Below the pieces are notes generated by a model. The model had not been told where the DNA came from and ran no database searches. It saw only the letters and a program-made list of their open reading frames with translations. Below are positions 36,325 to 47,201 of a stretch of DNA of 64,000 bases, one piece after another (within the stretch, counting starts at the first letter, position 1; the number at the start of each line of letters is the position of its first letter). The stretch comes from an uncultured virus (IMG/VR IMGVR_UViG_3300021961_000087) (Duplodnaviria; Heunggongvirae; Uroviricota; Caudoviricetes; Crassvirales), in the IMG/VR virus record IMGVR_UViG_3300021961_000087, one strand, 5' to 3'. A program made the position numbers and the translations under genes.

Positions 36325-37769
36325 TTGAACGTACCTCAGGATACAGTAACAAAGCAATGTGGGAGTACTGCGAGATGCTCAAAGGAGTTGTGCTTCAAAC
36401 AAAGATTACCAAATCAGGACGAGGCAAAGCAGTTGAGATACGAGAAGTTCTTAAGTACAACACAGAGCAAGAAGTTATAGACAAGATTGTCAAGAGTTGT
36501 GAGCATTATAAAAACTTATACGAGATGGAGCAAAATAAATTTCAGTTCAGAGATTATCAATCCGACATCATTACAAAGGGCTCTCAGATACTTACCAAGT
36601 ATCGGTTCTTATATCTTGCAATGGAGGTTCGTACCGGCAAGACGCTTACAAGTTTGGGGATAGCAGAAGAGTGTCAGGCACAAATGGTTTTGTTCATTAC
36701 AAAAAAGAAAGCCATCAGCACAATAGAAGCAGATTATAATACGTTAAAGCCATCATACAATATGACGGTAATAAACTACGAGAGTTTGCACACCGTAATG
36801 GATGAGTGGAAGTGGGACTTAATTGTTTGCGATGAGGCACATAGTATGGGGGCATTCCCAAAGCCAAGTGGCAGAGCCGAGTTGGTAGCACAAGTGATTA
36901 AAAAATGCAGACCAATGGTGATACTGCTTAGTGGAACACCAACACCTGAGTCATATTCACAAATGTATCATCAGGTCTATGCGATACCTAACAACCCGTT
37001 CAAAGAGTTTAAAAACTTCTACCGTTTCTGCGACAAGTATGTTAACATCAAACAGCGTAAGATTAACGGACTGTTCGTTAATGATTATAGCGGTGGACTT
37101 GATACCATCCTCAAAGAGATGGAGCCATACACCATTAACTACACACAGCAGGAGGCAGGATTTATGGCTGAGACCAAGGAAGAGGTATTAGAGGTAGAGA
37201 TGAAGCCATCGACTTATGCGATGATAAAAAAATTAAAGAAGGAATTGGTAATAGAAGGTAAAGAAGAAATAATTTTGGCAGACACTCCGGTTAAGTTGAT
37301 GATGAAGGTGCATCAGTTAAGTAGCGGCACGATTAAATTTGAGAGCGGCAACAGTATGATACTTGACCTCAGTAAGGCTGAGTTTATCAAAGAGCAGTTT
37401 GAAGGATGCAAGATTGGAATCTTCTACAAGTTCAAGGAAGAGTATAACGCACTCAAGCAAGTATTTGGCGATGACTTAACCTCTGAGTTAAGTGTCTTTG
37501 AAGACACCAATAAGAACATAGCATTGCAGATTGTAAGTGGACGTGAAGGAATCAGTTTAAAGCAGGCTGAGTATTTGGTCTACTATAACATTGACTTCAG
37601 TGCTACGAGTTATTGGCAGAGCAAAGACCGGATGACTACAAAAGAACGCCTCGAGAATCAAGTATATTGGATTTTTACAAAGGGTGGTATTGAATATGAC
37701 ATCTATAAAGCTGTCACAAAGAAGAAAGATTATACGGTTAATCATTTTAAACAGGACTTTTATTTATGA
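36321..37769 (+). CDS. SF2 (SNF2-like) helicase
   Basis: 'FRDYQ', 'RTGKT', 'DEAH', 'SGTP', 'GREGISL', 'QSKDR'. Confidence 0.85.
   Translation: MIERTSGYSNKAMWEYCEMLKGVVLQTKITKSGRGKAVEIREVLKYNTEQEVIDKIVKSCEHYKNLYEMEQNKFQFRDYQSDIITKGSQILTKYRFLYLAMEVRTGKTLTSLGIAEECQAQMVLFITKKKAISTIEADYNTLKPSYNMTVINYESLHTVMDEWKWDLIVCDEAHSMGAFPKPSGRAELVAQVIKKCRPMVILLSGTPTPESYSQMYHQVYAIPNNPFKEFKNFYRFCDKYVNIKQRKINGLFVNDYSGGLDTILKEMEPYTINYTQQEAGFMAETKEEVLEVEMKPSTYAMIKKLKKELVIEGKEEIILADTPVKLMMKVHQLSSGTIKFESGNSMILDLSKAEFIKEQFEGCKIGIFYKFKEEYNALKQVFGDDLTSELSVFEDTNKNIALQIVSGREGISLKQAEYLVYYNIDFSATSYWQSKDRMTTKERLENQVYWIFTKGGIEYDIYKAVTKKKDYTVNHFKQDFYL
37492..37507. repeat. 16-bp near-palindrome, copy 4 (inside the helicase)
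   Basis: Exact match. Confidence 0.9.
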
Positions 37770-37862
37770 CACCGGTAGAAGAAATATTCAAAAAATTAGA
37801 AGCACTCAATCAGAATGACTTCATTGATTGGTTATTAGCAAACAAACAAACACTAATTGAAA

Positions 37863-38189
37863 ATGGTAAAATGTATCTGCATCAACGACAAGAACCGTCC
37901 GAGCAAAGTGCCTCCCCAAAAATGGGTGAAGGAAGGTAATGAATACACCATCATCTTCACGCTAATAGTTTTACCGCAGAAAACTTTGGCAGTGCAGTTG
38001 GAGGAGATTGACCTTGACGAAAGTTGTATGCCTTACGAGTTCTTCTTGGCAAATAGGTTTGCTTTTACACAGGAGGAATTAGAGAAGCTAATTGAGTTTA
38101 TTAAGGAGTGCACCCAAGTTAATATGTCAATTAAGGAATTATTAAAACAAACGAATGAAAGAACAGCAAGTACAAGCCAAGAAAATTAA
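37863..38189 (+). CDS. Hypothetical protein
   Basis: 'VKCICINDK...RF' SH3-like pattern; start approximate. Confidence 0.6.
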   Translation: MVKCICINDKNRPSKVPPQKWVKEGNEYTIIFTLIVLPQKTLAVQLEEIDLDESCMPYEFFLANRFAFTQEELEKLIEFIKECTQVNMSIKELLKQTNERTASTSQEN

Positions 38190-38445
38190 AGAGTTAGAGG
38201 CGGAAGGATACTACGTTATAAAGCTGACGATGACAAACAAGAATGGCATACCTGATTTGCTTGCCATCCCAAGGAACAGTGACGTGGTATTCATTGAGGT
38301 TAAGGCTACCAATGGTAAGCTGTCTAAACTGCAGGAGTATAGACTAAAAGAACTACAAAACCACGGAGTGAAGGTGGAAGTATATAAGGAGACTAAAATC
38401 AAATCAAATGAAAAGACCAAAGGAGTGGTACAACCAAAGCGGTGA
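38155..38445 (+). CDS. VRR-NUC domain nuclease
   Basis: 'E..VQ', 'GIPDLL', 'FIEVK..GKLSKLQ'. Confidence 0.85.
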   Translation: MKEQQVQAKKIKELEAEGYYVIKLTMTNKNGIPDLLAIPRNSDVVFIEVKATNGKLSKLQEYRLKELQNHGVKVEVYKETKIKSNEKTKGVVQPKR

Positions 38446-38608
38446 CATGGAACTGATTAAAGACGATAGAATCATTAGGCACTATAGGTTTAATAATATC
38501 TATGCAAGAAGAAAGATGTTGAAGATATGGAACTCTGAAGTCAAACCAAATGGAATATGCCGGTACGAATTAATCATTAGGCACGATGATAACAAATATG
38601 TTGATTAA
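38408..38608 (+). CDS. Hypothetical protein
   Basis: 66 aa with AAATCAAATCAA leader. Confidence 0.55.
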   Translation: MKRPKEWYNQSGDMELIKDDRIIRHYRFNNIYARRKMLKIWNSEVKPNGICRYELIIRHDDNKYVD

Positions 38609-38647
38609 AAAAACTAATTTTGGTAAAATCCTTATGTTTATCCAAGT

Positions 38648-38836
38648 ATGGACAACAATTCAGAGAACGCTCGAGCAGAGCGTATCGCTTTTAGAATAAA
38701 CGAGCAGCACCTGCTTATAGCAAATATCTACGAGAATCTTGTGGACAGGGACTTTACACCCGCAGAGCGTGATATTCGCAATCTAATTGTAGACTTACGA
38801 TTAATATTAAAATCATTAGAAGACGATGACTTTTGA
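38648..38836 (+). CDS. Hypothetical protein
   Basis: 62-aa ORF; TAATTTTG box at 38614. Confidence 0.55.
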   Translation: MDNNSENARAERIAFRINEQHLLIANIYENLVDRDFTPAERDIRNLIVDLRLILKSLEDDDF

Positions 38837-39239
38837 AACAGAGGTGGACTTAATAAGAGAGAAAAAAGCAATTGAATTATTCGTTAGCATCTTCGGAGGC
38901 TCATATTTAAAACTTGACCCACACGATATTGACTACAAAATATTTGACAAAGACAAGAACCTAATAGCTTATGCTGAGGTTAAGGGTCGTATTAGGACAA
39001 TGCGAAATGCTTATCCATTACCTATTGCCGCAAGAAAATTAGTCAAGTTAATTGACAAGAGATTAGCACCCGTATTGATATGGGCGTGCGAGGATGGTAT
39101 CATATACGGCAAAGCCAACAAACTTTACGGTGAGATTAAATGGGGAGGTCGCCCTCCCCGTGATGGTTCTTTTAGTGATAATGAGATGATGGTATATTAC
39201 GATAAGCAGAAGGAACTAAAGTACATTAGATACGTTTAG
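38826..39239 (+). CDS. PD-(D/E)XK-like nuclease
   Basis: 'IDY...YAEVKGR'. Confidence 0.6.
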   Translation: MTFETEVDLIREKKAIELFVSIFGGSYLKLDPHDIDYKIFDKDKNLIAYAEVKGRIRTMRNAYPLPIAARKLVKLIDKRLAPVLIWACEDGIIYGKANKLYGEIKWGGRPPRDGSFSDNEMMVYYDKQKELKYIRYV

Positions 39240-42200
39240 TTTCTTCTCTTAATACTTCCGTCAGAGTTTCTTTTTGATGTGCGTTTTTTGGTAGGTGCAA
39301 CATACCCCTCTTCAGTATCTTCCATCTTACGAATCTCTTTATTCATTTTCTTTTGAACTTCTTTCTCAGCCCTATGCTCTTGATACCACTCAGATTGAGG
39401 ACCGAAGTTTTGATTATACAACGTTGGATTGTATCTCTTAAGTTCTGTTTCATTATCATACTCTTCTCCTGTTTCAGGGTCAGTAAGTAAATCTCTTTTA
39501 AGTTCTCTTTCCGCTTTTTTATCTTCAGCCATCGCCTTTTTCTCTTCAGGTGTAGCTTCTATTTCTCCAATCTTTTCGTCAATAGCATCTAATTCTTCTT
39601 GAGACGTAGCACTCTCACGTAACCTATCGAGAGCCTCTATTTTTTGATAAGTTTCTTCTTCTTTTTGTATCTCTCTATCTTTTTCAGCAGCCTTTTCTTC
39701 AGGTGTTTTTGTCTTAGTCTTTGCGGCTTTAACAGCGTATTTGACAACACTACTAACCTCAGTAGGTGCTAGTCCGACATTAGAAAGAATTGCCGCTCCT
39801 ACAAATGGCAAAAGCGCTTGTCTATCTTTTTCTGATATAGTCTTCTCTTTACCAAAATCATCAGTGTATTCTCCTGTGGCAGCCAATTTAGATACTTCTA
39901 AAAGCTGTGCTGCTCTATCTGCGGCTATACCGAACATACCTAAACTCTTTAATATCTCTTGTCCGCCACCGGCACCGTATATAGAGAACTGCTCTTCCTT
40001 AGGTATCTCTAAGTAATTCTGTACGGTATTTAATAAATAATTACTTCCTGCTTGAACAGCTTTATCAGCTACCGGTATTGGAGAAAGCATATCAGTAACC
40101 ATACTTGTTCTTTGACCTTTAAGAACTTCATCTATTCTTTTCTTTTTCTCTTCCTCATCTTCGTCTTTACCCATTGCTAGTTTAGCTAGACTACCCAATA
40201 ATATTATTGTTCCTGCTGATACCATTTTAAAGGTGAGCATCTCTGCCGCAAAACCTGCAAGAGACCTAGCTGCAATCTTTCTATCCTCAATAGAAGCTGT
40301 GTTATCAGATAAAACCGCAAGGTCTGCACCTAATCTAGCAGATTGGTTCATTCTAAAACTAGCAAAAGGCATTAGTAACTTAACAAGTATCTGAGTGCTT
40401 GCTTGTTTGCTAACAAACATTTTACCTGCAAGGTCAGCATCAGATATGTTCTGTTGTCTGTCAACCATTCTTTGAGCATAATCTGCAGCCTTCTCATTTA
40501 CCTCGTGAGTATTATAATCAATCGTCTTAGGGTCTATGCCTTGCTTCTTTAACGATTGCTCGTAATAAGTAATCCAAGAAGCCCTAGCAATAAACACATC
40601 GGGCTTAACTAATACAATGTCCAACCATTTCTTGTTGGCGTCTTCTATTAGTTTAAAAGCCTTAGCGCCTTTTGACTTTGCTGCTTGCTCTATTATCTTA
40701 TTTAAAGATTCAATTTGAGCCTGTGCCTCAACTCCTCTGTTCGCAATCTCGTATCCTGACCTGTCGATAAATCCATTCTTACCTTGATTTAAAAGAGTGC
40801 CAAGGTTAAGACTTCCCGCGTTTATTATAGTGTTCATTGCAACCGGAATCATTTGCTTGAAAGGTTGCGTAACACCACCTAATGCTTGACCAACTCCGAT
40901 ATTAGCTATCTTATTTATTTTTCTAAGCATATCAGAGAGTTCATCATTTGCATATGGGTTCTTCTTCCTGATATTTTGAACGTATAAACCTATTCTAGCC
41001 GCTAATAACTTAGCATCTTTTGAGTCAGGTACAATCTTACTATAGTTGTCTGAGTTTAAGAATGATTGCGCTTGTCTAATTGGTATTGCAGTATGCACAT
41101 CAACCAATGCATCGTGCATTGAGTTTGCCATATTTTTATCAAAAGACATACTCAAATACATATTCTTAGGAAGTGTAGTTGGTCTTGTAGCCTTCATTAA
41201 TACGCCCGACTCTTTCTTATAAAGAGTATTATTATTCGTATGAAATGCAGATGCGTTCATATCAAAATCAACAGGAGCCATTGCTGCTTGACTTCTTACA
41301 TACCTGTCAGGTGTGTAATTAGTATCTCTTTCTAATATTTTATTATAAACATTTAAAGAAATATCAGCAAATTCATCATATACATCGCTCCACTTTTGAA
41401 TCCAAAAATCAACAGCTTCCATATTAACTTCGTCTGCTTTTTTAATTACATCATCTACGGAGTTGGAATCCTTAAGAAGTTTGTCATATGCTTTTTGTAC
41501 TAAGGCAGCGTTCTCTACTTCTTGAGCGTCACCTTTTTTCATTTCAGCTATAGTTTCCTTAATCAGGGTCTTTTTTCTTTCAAACTCTTCTTTTATTTCA
41601 GCCTCTGTTCCCGGAATGTTTTTAATAGTCCTAGCAATTACTTCTCTTTCTATGCTATTGTACGCAGTATTAAACGCCTCTCCATTAGCTTTCCTATCAA
41701 AAAACTTCTTTACATATTCATTAGATATTTCATTAGATAGTCTATTAGCTACAGCATTACCCCTTTTAATTTTAGTAACACCTGATAAGTCTTCAACTAA
41801 ACCACCGCGATTAAATCCTTTGAACATTTTCTCAAAAAGAATATTCAAGTTAGTAGTGTATGCCGCTAAGTATCTACCAAACATTGTAGACCAATACTTA
41901 CTTATTGGAGATGCTTTTATGCCTTTCTTAGCTAATACATCTGAGTTAAACTCACCGGTATAGTCAGCTAATACAGCTTCCATTCTAGCAGTTGAGCCGT
42001 TCTCCATAAAATTAGACAACGCATCTACTGCTTCAAGCGCTTCTTTTGGAGTTAGTAAGTTTAGGTTCATCCCCATAAATCTTTTTACTAAGTCCTTCTG
42101 CTTATTAGTAAAGTCAATGTCTTCATTATTTTCTAGCATATCATTAATGAATGCAGAATATAAGTCAAACATTTTATTGATGGTATCTCTTATGACTCCT

Positions 42201-45200
42201 TCATTGTACTTTGTAATAGGCTCTTCGCTCTCCAATAGCTGCATCATTTCATCGTAGCTTAACTTGGATGCATCGACTCCCATTAGTTCCTGAATCTCTT
42301 CAGCTTTCTGTCTACGAAGTTCTTTGTCTTGTGCTTCTAAAGTTTTATTAATATACTCATTGGTCTCTTGGATGTTTACAGCATTTGCAAACGAAACCTT
42401 TTCGCCACGAATGGTAGAGCCTCTTGTAGCTGATTTTACTTTTGACGCAATTTCATTATACTCGTTAATATCATCAACCATTGACGGGTTGATTTCAGAA
42501 AACCTTCTAGCTAAGTCTGTTACATTTGCATTCTTATCTTTGTTTTTAGATAACTTTTTGATGTCTTTTCTTAGCTTCTTTGCCGCGTCTAGGTTAGCTG
42601 CATACTCAGCATTCTCAAATACCTTGGTCATATAATCCAAGAATCCATCTACAGACTTCTTGCTGAACATATTAACCTTAGACATTTTAGAAATAACATT
42701 CTTAGCCTGCGTTGTTGTAATGGTGCCTTTTGTTATTAGTTCCTTTATGCCCTTAGCTAAGTCTTTACTGATTTCTACCCACGCTTTTTTAGCATCTTTA
42801 GCGCCTCTTGCTAAGTCTTTTATTTGCTTATAAAGACCTTGCTTTTCAGTCATTGTAATCTTCTCTCCCTTCTTAACCTTTCCAAAGAAAGAGTCAAAAG
42901 TAAGTTCACCTTCTATTGGTGCAGTGCCACCTTTAAGTCTAGTCACACTAGGTGCTGACTTTTGTTTAAAACCAAGGGTGTCACGAACCTCTCGGTACAT
43001 TTGCTCCCTTTGTGTGTCATCTGCATTTTTGTAAGCAGTTGAGTTTGTTAAATATCTTAATGCTTTTGCGGTTAAAATATCCTTATCTGTATTCCTTTGC
43101 TTACCTACCGCGATAATATCTCTAATGCCACCCATTGTAGATTCAAAATCATCTACAACATCGGCATTTAGAATATCATTAATCTCTGCATTTGTCGCAG
43201 TCGCTAACTTGCTTTCTCTAAAGTATTTGTTTAAATCCTCTCCTCTTCTTAATGAATCTGAGATTGTAGTAATAAACTCTAATATATTATCTGCCGTAGC
43301 ATCTTCTAAAAATACAGGTGTATTAAATAGTTTTATAGCATACTTGTTTATTATATCTTTAAGCTGAACAAGAACAGACTTTTGGTTTGTTGTTAAGCTC
43401 CCCGGTTTAAATCCTGACTCAGTCATATATGCACCAAGCTGAACCAACCATTCTTCTGCACTTTCTCCTTTTCTTTTATAAGATGGTTGGTCTGCAAATT
43501 GATTTAGCTTATCTGCTAGCTCATTATAGCCATTCTTACGTAATGTACCGTCAATACTTTTTCTAAATTTCTTAAATAATGTTTTGTTTTTTGCATTGTC
43601 GCCAAAAGCCTTAGCTAATAAAGCGTGCCAAATTTCGTGAGGAAGTGTTGTTGGCGTTCGTATTTCATCGTTCAGCAATATAAACCTAGGTTGCTTAACA
43701 ACATAGCCATCCTTAATATATCTCATAGAAAATAAAACACCCTTAGTCCCATCTGACAATGAACGAGCAGACTTGTCTCCTAATGCTTTTCTAACAAACG
43801 CTCTTAATTCTTTTATATTTTTAAATGCCTTTACAGGTACATTAGGAAATATAGAATTGAGTGACTTCATTGCATTCTTAGTCAAACTAGAAATATTTGA
43901 AGCAGCAGCAGCTCTCCTTGCGGTTTTAGTTTTTGGCTCTTGAGCTACAGGCTTAACGGTAGGCTCTTCTACGGGTTCTGTTGTTACAGGTTCCGTGGTA
44001 GGTTCTACGGTTGGCTCTGCTATCGTAGGTTCTGCAGGTTGAATAACAGGCTCTGCAGCAGGAGTAACTTTTAAGCTATTCTCTAATGCATTTATATTCC
44101 TTGTATATCCTTGTATTGCACGTGTTTGTCTTTCTAGCGCACCCTCCTGTGTTTCACCCAAACCTACAAGAGCATCTATGTAATCTTGACCTGATGTATA
44201 TTTCAACATATCCTTTTGAGATTCAAGAGCAGCAAGTCTAGGGTCTCTATTATACAAGTCAGTGTATTCATACCCCTCGTTTTGACTTTCATCTGTTTGG
44301 TCTGCAACTATTGAGTCTACTATTTCTTCCTCAGTTGGTTCGGCAACAGGTTCTCCCGCAGGCTCTTCTATTGGTTCTGCAACTGTAGGCTCTACAGTTG
44401 GTTCAGCAATAGGAGTAACTGTAGTCGTAGGCTTTACTTCTTCCGTCCCGCCTTCAGTAGTGACTTTGGCTTCGGTCCCTGTGGCAGCGACTTGAGGTCC
44501 TTGGTCTCCTTCGCCCACTTTCGGCAATCCCACTTGGGGTTCGCCTGCGCGTAGCACGCTTTCATCTGTTGCTTGTTTTTGAATGGCATAATCTTTTGCT
44601 TCTTTACCGGTTAATGTATATCTGTACCCATCGTTAACTACCATAGATGTTTTTTTACCTATCGGTAGTCCAAATATTTTTTCTCTAACTTCTATCTGCA
44701 TACCCTCTTTCTTCACAGCCCTGTCTCTGAATTGCTCAGGAACTTCGTCTAATGAATTAACGCTAAACGAAATCTGCTCGTCATCTTTCAATGAAGATAT
44801 AGCATCAGGCATTTCTGTAACATCCGTAGCGGTTTCTGATATTTTATTTAACTCACTATCAATCTGTGAAATCCTGTCTTTTTGTTTCTTAACTAATGCA
44901 GGGTCTTTACCAATGATTTGATTCTCTAAATCTTTCTTTTCCTTCAAAAGATTCATAGCATTTTTCTTGCCTTCTAAATTCAAACCTTCGGGCATAGACT
45001 TAAATAAACCAACAGAGTTTCTGTAGTTATTCAAAGTTTCTTTTGCTTGGTCTATTGTGATTTCACCTTGATTGACCTGATTTTTTAACTTGGTAACAAA
45101 TGCTTTTTGAATGTTTTCATCATTTGCTGCAGACTCAAATGTCTTGAATGTAGCATCATCCATATTCAAGAATCCCTTCTTAGTATAGGCTGCACTTACC

Positions 45201-47179
45201 GCAGTTGGCATCCCCATAATGAAACCACCTACTGCTTCTTGCGCTCCTGCTTTAGCTACTTCTTTAACCCATTCGGCAGTAAATGTCTTTGGGTTGTCAA
45301 ACATCTTCGTGCCTTTTGCTGCATTGTAAATATCCTTGATAGCAAACTCAGCCGCTTGTTGTGTTGCTCCTGTCTCAGCCTCCGCTAGACCTGCTGCAGT
45401 CAAAGTAAGCGCACCTTTAGCAACCATACTCTCAACCTCATTCTGAACAAGTTCTTTAAATGTACGAGCAGTAGTTGTAGCGCCTGCTTTACCAAGTGCT
45501 TTTAACGCTAAATCGTTTAATAATCCTTTGCTTCCAACTGCATTCCTAAGACCAAACTCTTCAAGTACCGCTCCCGCTATACCAATTGGTATCATAACAG
45601 CAGCTTTTTCATTCTCTGACACATCTTTAAATTCAGGATTGTTGTCCATCTCTTGCTGTAATCCATCGGTAACTTGAGCGTAAAATGCTGCAGTTGTTAA
45701 GGCTCTTCCTGCCAATCCTCCTCCTATTGAAGGAGCCATTGCAGGCAATGATTTTATTAAACCGGCGTAAGCGCCTCCCCAAAACCCTTGCTCTTTTAGT
45801 CGCATCCATTCAGTAGTTGTAGTTGGGTCTCCAAGAACAACCCTGTTACCTTCTCTTACGGCAGGTAGTATATCGGCTTTAATTTGCTTCTTACCTAAAT
45901 CTCTTATCTTATTTTCTATCTTATCCTTTTCTGATTGACTCAAAGAGTTCAACCATTTATCTTCAGATTGACCAATACTTGGTTCTCCTATACCCAACTC
46001 TTTAGCGATACGCAAAGATTCTGACTTCCATTCTTTTGGAGCCATTAGCATTTCTTTTGGCAAAAGACCAACACCGATGTCTATTAATGAACCGGTAGCA
46101 CCTGCTACAACACTTGATGAGCCTTCTAGCAACCAATTCCAAGTACCACCCAACCAACTACCTTGCTGCGATTTCATATCAGCATAACGACCAACTGCTT
46201 TATCTAAATCTTTAGATTGGCTTTCAATTTTACTTTGTCTTGATAGGAGTTGTTTTCTTTGCTCATCTAACTGTTGTTGCTTTTGCAACACAGATTGAGA
46301 CTTTGCTATATATTCAGGAGTATTTTTTAAATTTTGCGGAGTCTTTGACAACTCAGCAAACTGTGCATCTAATTGATTCTTTTGCTTTAAGAAACTACCC
46401 ATCTCTTTACTAAGAGTTGTAGCATCATCGTTTACTTTTTTAATAGATTCATCTACATCTTTTTGAGTCTCAAACTTTTTATTTTCAGCAGCGTACGACC
46501 TTTCAATAGCTGAAAGACCTTTTACTTGCGCTGAGTTTTCTTTAATAAACTTCTTTAACCTTTCAGATTCAGACGTTGCTTTTGAACTAAATAATGGGTC
46601 TAATGATATTTCAATTGTTTTACCATTAGGAGCAGTTGCTGTCATCCAATCACCTGTAGCGCCTGATTCTTGAAATTTAAAACCAAGGTCAGCAAATTGG
46701 TAGTTCATCTTAGGTACAACAAACTCTTCGTTCTTATTAATTAACTCAGGAGTAATTGTCTGTAATGATGGCTCAAGAAAGTCTAATGGTTGCTTTGCTT
46801 TTGGAGCAGGCTTAACTCCTGCTAGTGGAGTTGCCTCAAACTTCGGAAGTTGTTTTTGTGAATCCAAAAAAGAAGGAGCCGATGGTAATGCCGCAGCGCC
46901 AAACGGAGTCTGTCCTTTTTTTTTTAAATCAATGGGTCCTTGCCCGGGTTGGGTAGGTTGAGCAACAGGTTCTTCAGGCTGAGGAGTTAAACCACCACCT
47001 GAATATTTCTGAAAAAAAGATTCTCTATCTTTTGTATACAAACCATCTCTTGAAACGACATCGAACACCTTATCTTTATAGGCTTGGTCTTGCCCCCATT
47101 TTGACTGAAACTCTTGAAAAGACTTAGTGTATTTACCTTCTCTAACCAATACATCATACAGTTTCTGTAACTCGTCCAT
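39236..47179 (-). CDS. Very large internal virion (ejection) protein with zincin-like HExxH
   Basis: 2647 aa helical; 'PHEIWHA' at 43625-43639; P/E/T-rich linker; last gene of the structural block. Confidence 0.65.
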   Translation of the reverse strand: MDELQKLYDVLVREGKYTKSFQEFQSKWGQDQAYKDKVFDVVSRDGLYTKDRESFFQKYSGGGLTPQPEEPVAQPTQPGQGPIDLKKKGQTPFGAAALPSAPSFLDSQKQLPKFEATPLAGVKPAPKAKQPLDFLEPSLQTITPELINKNEEFVVPKMNYQFADLGFKFQESGATGDWMTATAPNGKTIEISLDPLFSSKATSESERLKKFIKENSAQVKGLSAIERSYAAENKKFETQKDVDESIKKVNDDATTLSKEMGSFLKQKNQLDAQFAELSKTPQNLKNTPEYIAKSQSVLQKQQQLDEQRKQLLSRQSKIESQSKDLDKAVGRYADMKSQQGSWLGGTWNWLLEGSSSVVAGATGSLIDIGVGLLPKEMLMAPKEWKSESLRIAKELGIGEPSIGQSEDKWLNSLSQSEKDKIENKIRDLGKKQIKADILPAVREGNRVVLGDPTTTTEWMRLKEQGFWGGAYAGLIKSLPAMAPSIGGGLAGRALTTAAFYAQVTDGLQQEMDNNPEFKDVSENEKAAVMIPIGIAGAVLEEFGLRNAVGSKGLLNDLALKALGKAGATTTARTFKELVQNEVESMVAKGALTLTAAGLAEAETGATQQAAEFAIKDIYNAAKGTKMFDNPKTFTAEWVKEVAKAGAQEAVGGFIMGMPTAVSAAYTKKGFLNMDDATFKTFESAANDENIQKAFVTKLKNQVNQGEITIDQAKETLNNYRNSVGLFKSMPEGLNLEGKKNAMNLLKEKKDLENQIIGKDPALVKKQKDRISQIDSELNKISETATDVTEMPDAISSLKDDEQISFSVNSLDEVPEQFRDRAVKKEGMQIEVREKIFGLPIGKKTSMVVNDGYRYTLTGKEAKDYAIQKQATDESVLRAGEPQVGLPKVGEGDQGPQVAATGTEAKVTTEGGTEEVKPTTTVTPIAEPTVEPTVAEPIEEPAGEPVAEPTEEEIVDSIVADQTDESQNEGYEYTDLYNRDPRLAALESQKDMLKYTSGQDYIDALVGLGETQEGALERQTRAIQGYTRNINALENSLKVTPAAEPVIQPAEPTIAEPTVEPTTEPVTTEPVEEPTVKPVAQEPKTKTARRAAAASNISSLTKNAMKSLNSIFPNVPVKAFKNIKELRAFVRKALGDKSARSLSDGTKGVLFSMRYIKDGYVVKQPRFILLNDEIRTPTTLPHEIWHALLAKAFGDNAKNKTLFKKFRKSIDGTLRKNGYNELADKLNQFADQPSYKRKGESAEEWLVQLGAYMTESGFKPGSLTTNQKSVLVQLKDIINKYAIKLFNTPVFLEDATADNILEFITTISDSLRRGEDLNKYFRESKLATATNAEINDILNADVVDDFESTMGGIRDIIAVGKQRNTDKDILTAKALRYLTNSTAYKNADDTQREQMYREVRDTLGFKQKSAPSVTRLKGGTAPIEGELTFDSFFGKVKKGEKITMTEKQGLYKQIKDLARGAKDAKKAWVEISKDLAKGIKELITKGTITTTQAKNVISKMSKVNMFSKKSVDGFLDYMTKVFENAEYAANLDAAKKLRKDIKKLSKNKDKNANVTDLARRFSEINPSMVDDINEYNEIASKVKSATRGSTIRGEKVSFANAVNIQETNEYINKTLEAQDKELRRQKAEEIQELMGVDASKLSYDEMMQLLESEEPITKYNEGVIRDTINKMFDLYSAFINDMLENNEDIDFTNKQKDLVKRFMGMNLNLLTPKEALEAVDALSNFMENGSTARMEAVLADYTGEFNSDVLAKKGIKASPISKYWSTMFGRYLAAYTTNLNILFEKMFKGFNRGGLVEDLSGVTKIKRGNAVANRLSNEISNEYVKKFFDRKANGEAFNTAYNSIEREVIARTIKNIPGTEAEIKEEFERKKTLIKETIAEMKKGDAQEVENAALVQKAYDKLLKDSNSVDDVIKKADEVNMEAVDFWIQKWSDVYDEFADISLNVYNKILERDTNYTPDRYVRSQAAMAPVDFDMNASAFHTNNNTLYKKESGVLMKATRPTTLPKNMYLSMSFDKNMANSMHDALVDVHTAIPIRQAQSFLNSDNYSKIVPDSKDAKLLAARIGLYVQNIRKKNPYANDELSDMLRKINKIANIGVGQALGGVTQPFKQMIPVAMNTIINAGSLNLGTLLNQGKNGFIDRSGYEIANRGVEAQAQIESLNKIIEQAAKSKGAKAFKLIEDANKKWLDIVLVKPDVFIARASWITYYEQSLKKQGIDPKTIDYNTHEVNEKAADYAQRMVDRQQNISDADLAGKMFVSKQASTQILVKLLMPFASFRMNQSARLGADLAVLSDNTASIEDRKIAARSLAGFAAEMLTFKMVSAGTIILLGSLAKLAMGKDEDEEEKKKRIDEVLKGQRTSMVTDMLSPIPVADKAVQAGSNYLLNTVQNYLEIPKEEQFSIYGAGGGQEILKSLGMFGIAADRAAQLLEVSKLAATGEYTDDFGKEKTISEKDRQALLPFVGAAILSNVGLAPTEVSSVVKYAVKAAKTKTKTPEEKAAEKDREIQKEEETYQKIEALDRLRESATSQEELDAIDEKIGEIEATPEEKKAMAEDKKAERELKRDLLTDPETGEEYDNETELKRYNPTLYNQNFGPQSEWYQEHRAEKEVQKKMNKEIRKMEDTEEGYVAPTKKRTSKRNSDGSIKRRN

Positions 47180-47201
47180 AGTATATTTTTAATGTCGTTT
47201 A

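Noticed and set aside
37766..37939. 57-aa ORF MTPVEEIFKK...
   Set aside because: Plausible start, but it overlaps the next gene by about 75 nt and has no motif; too uncertain to list
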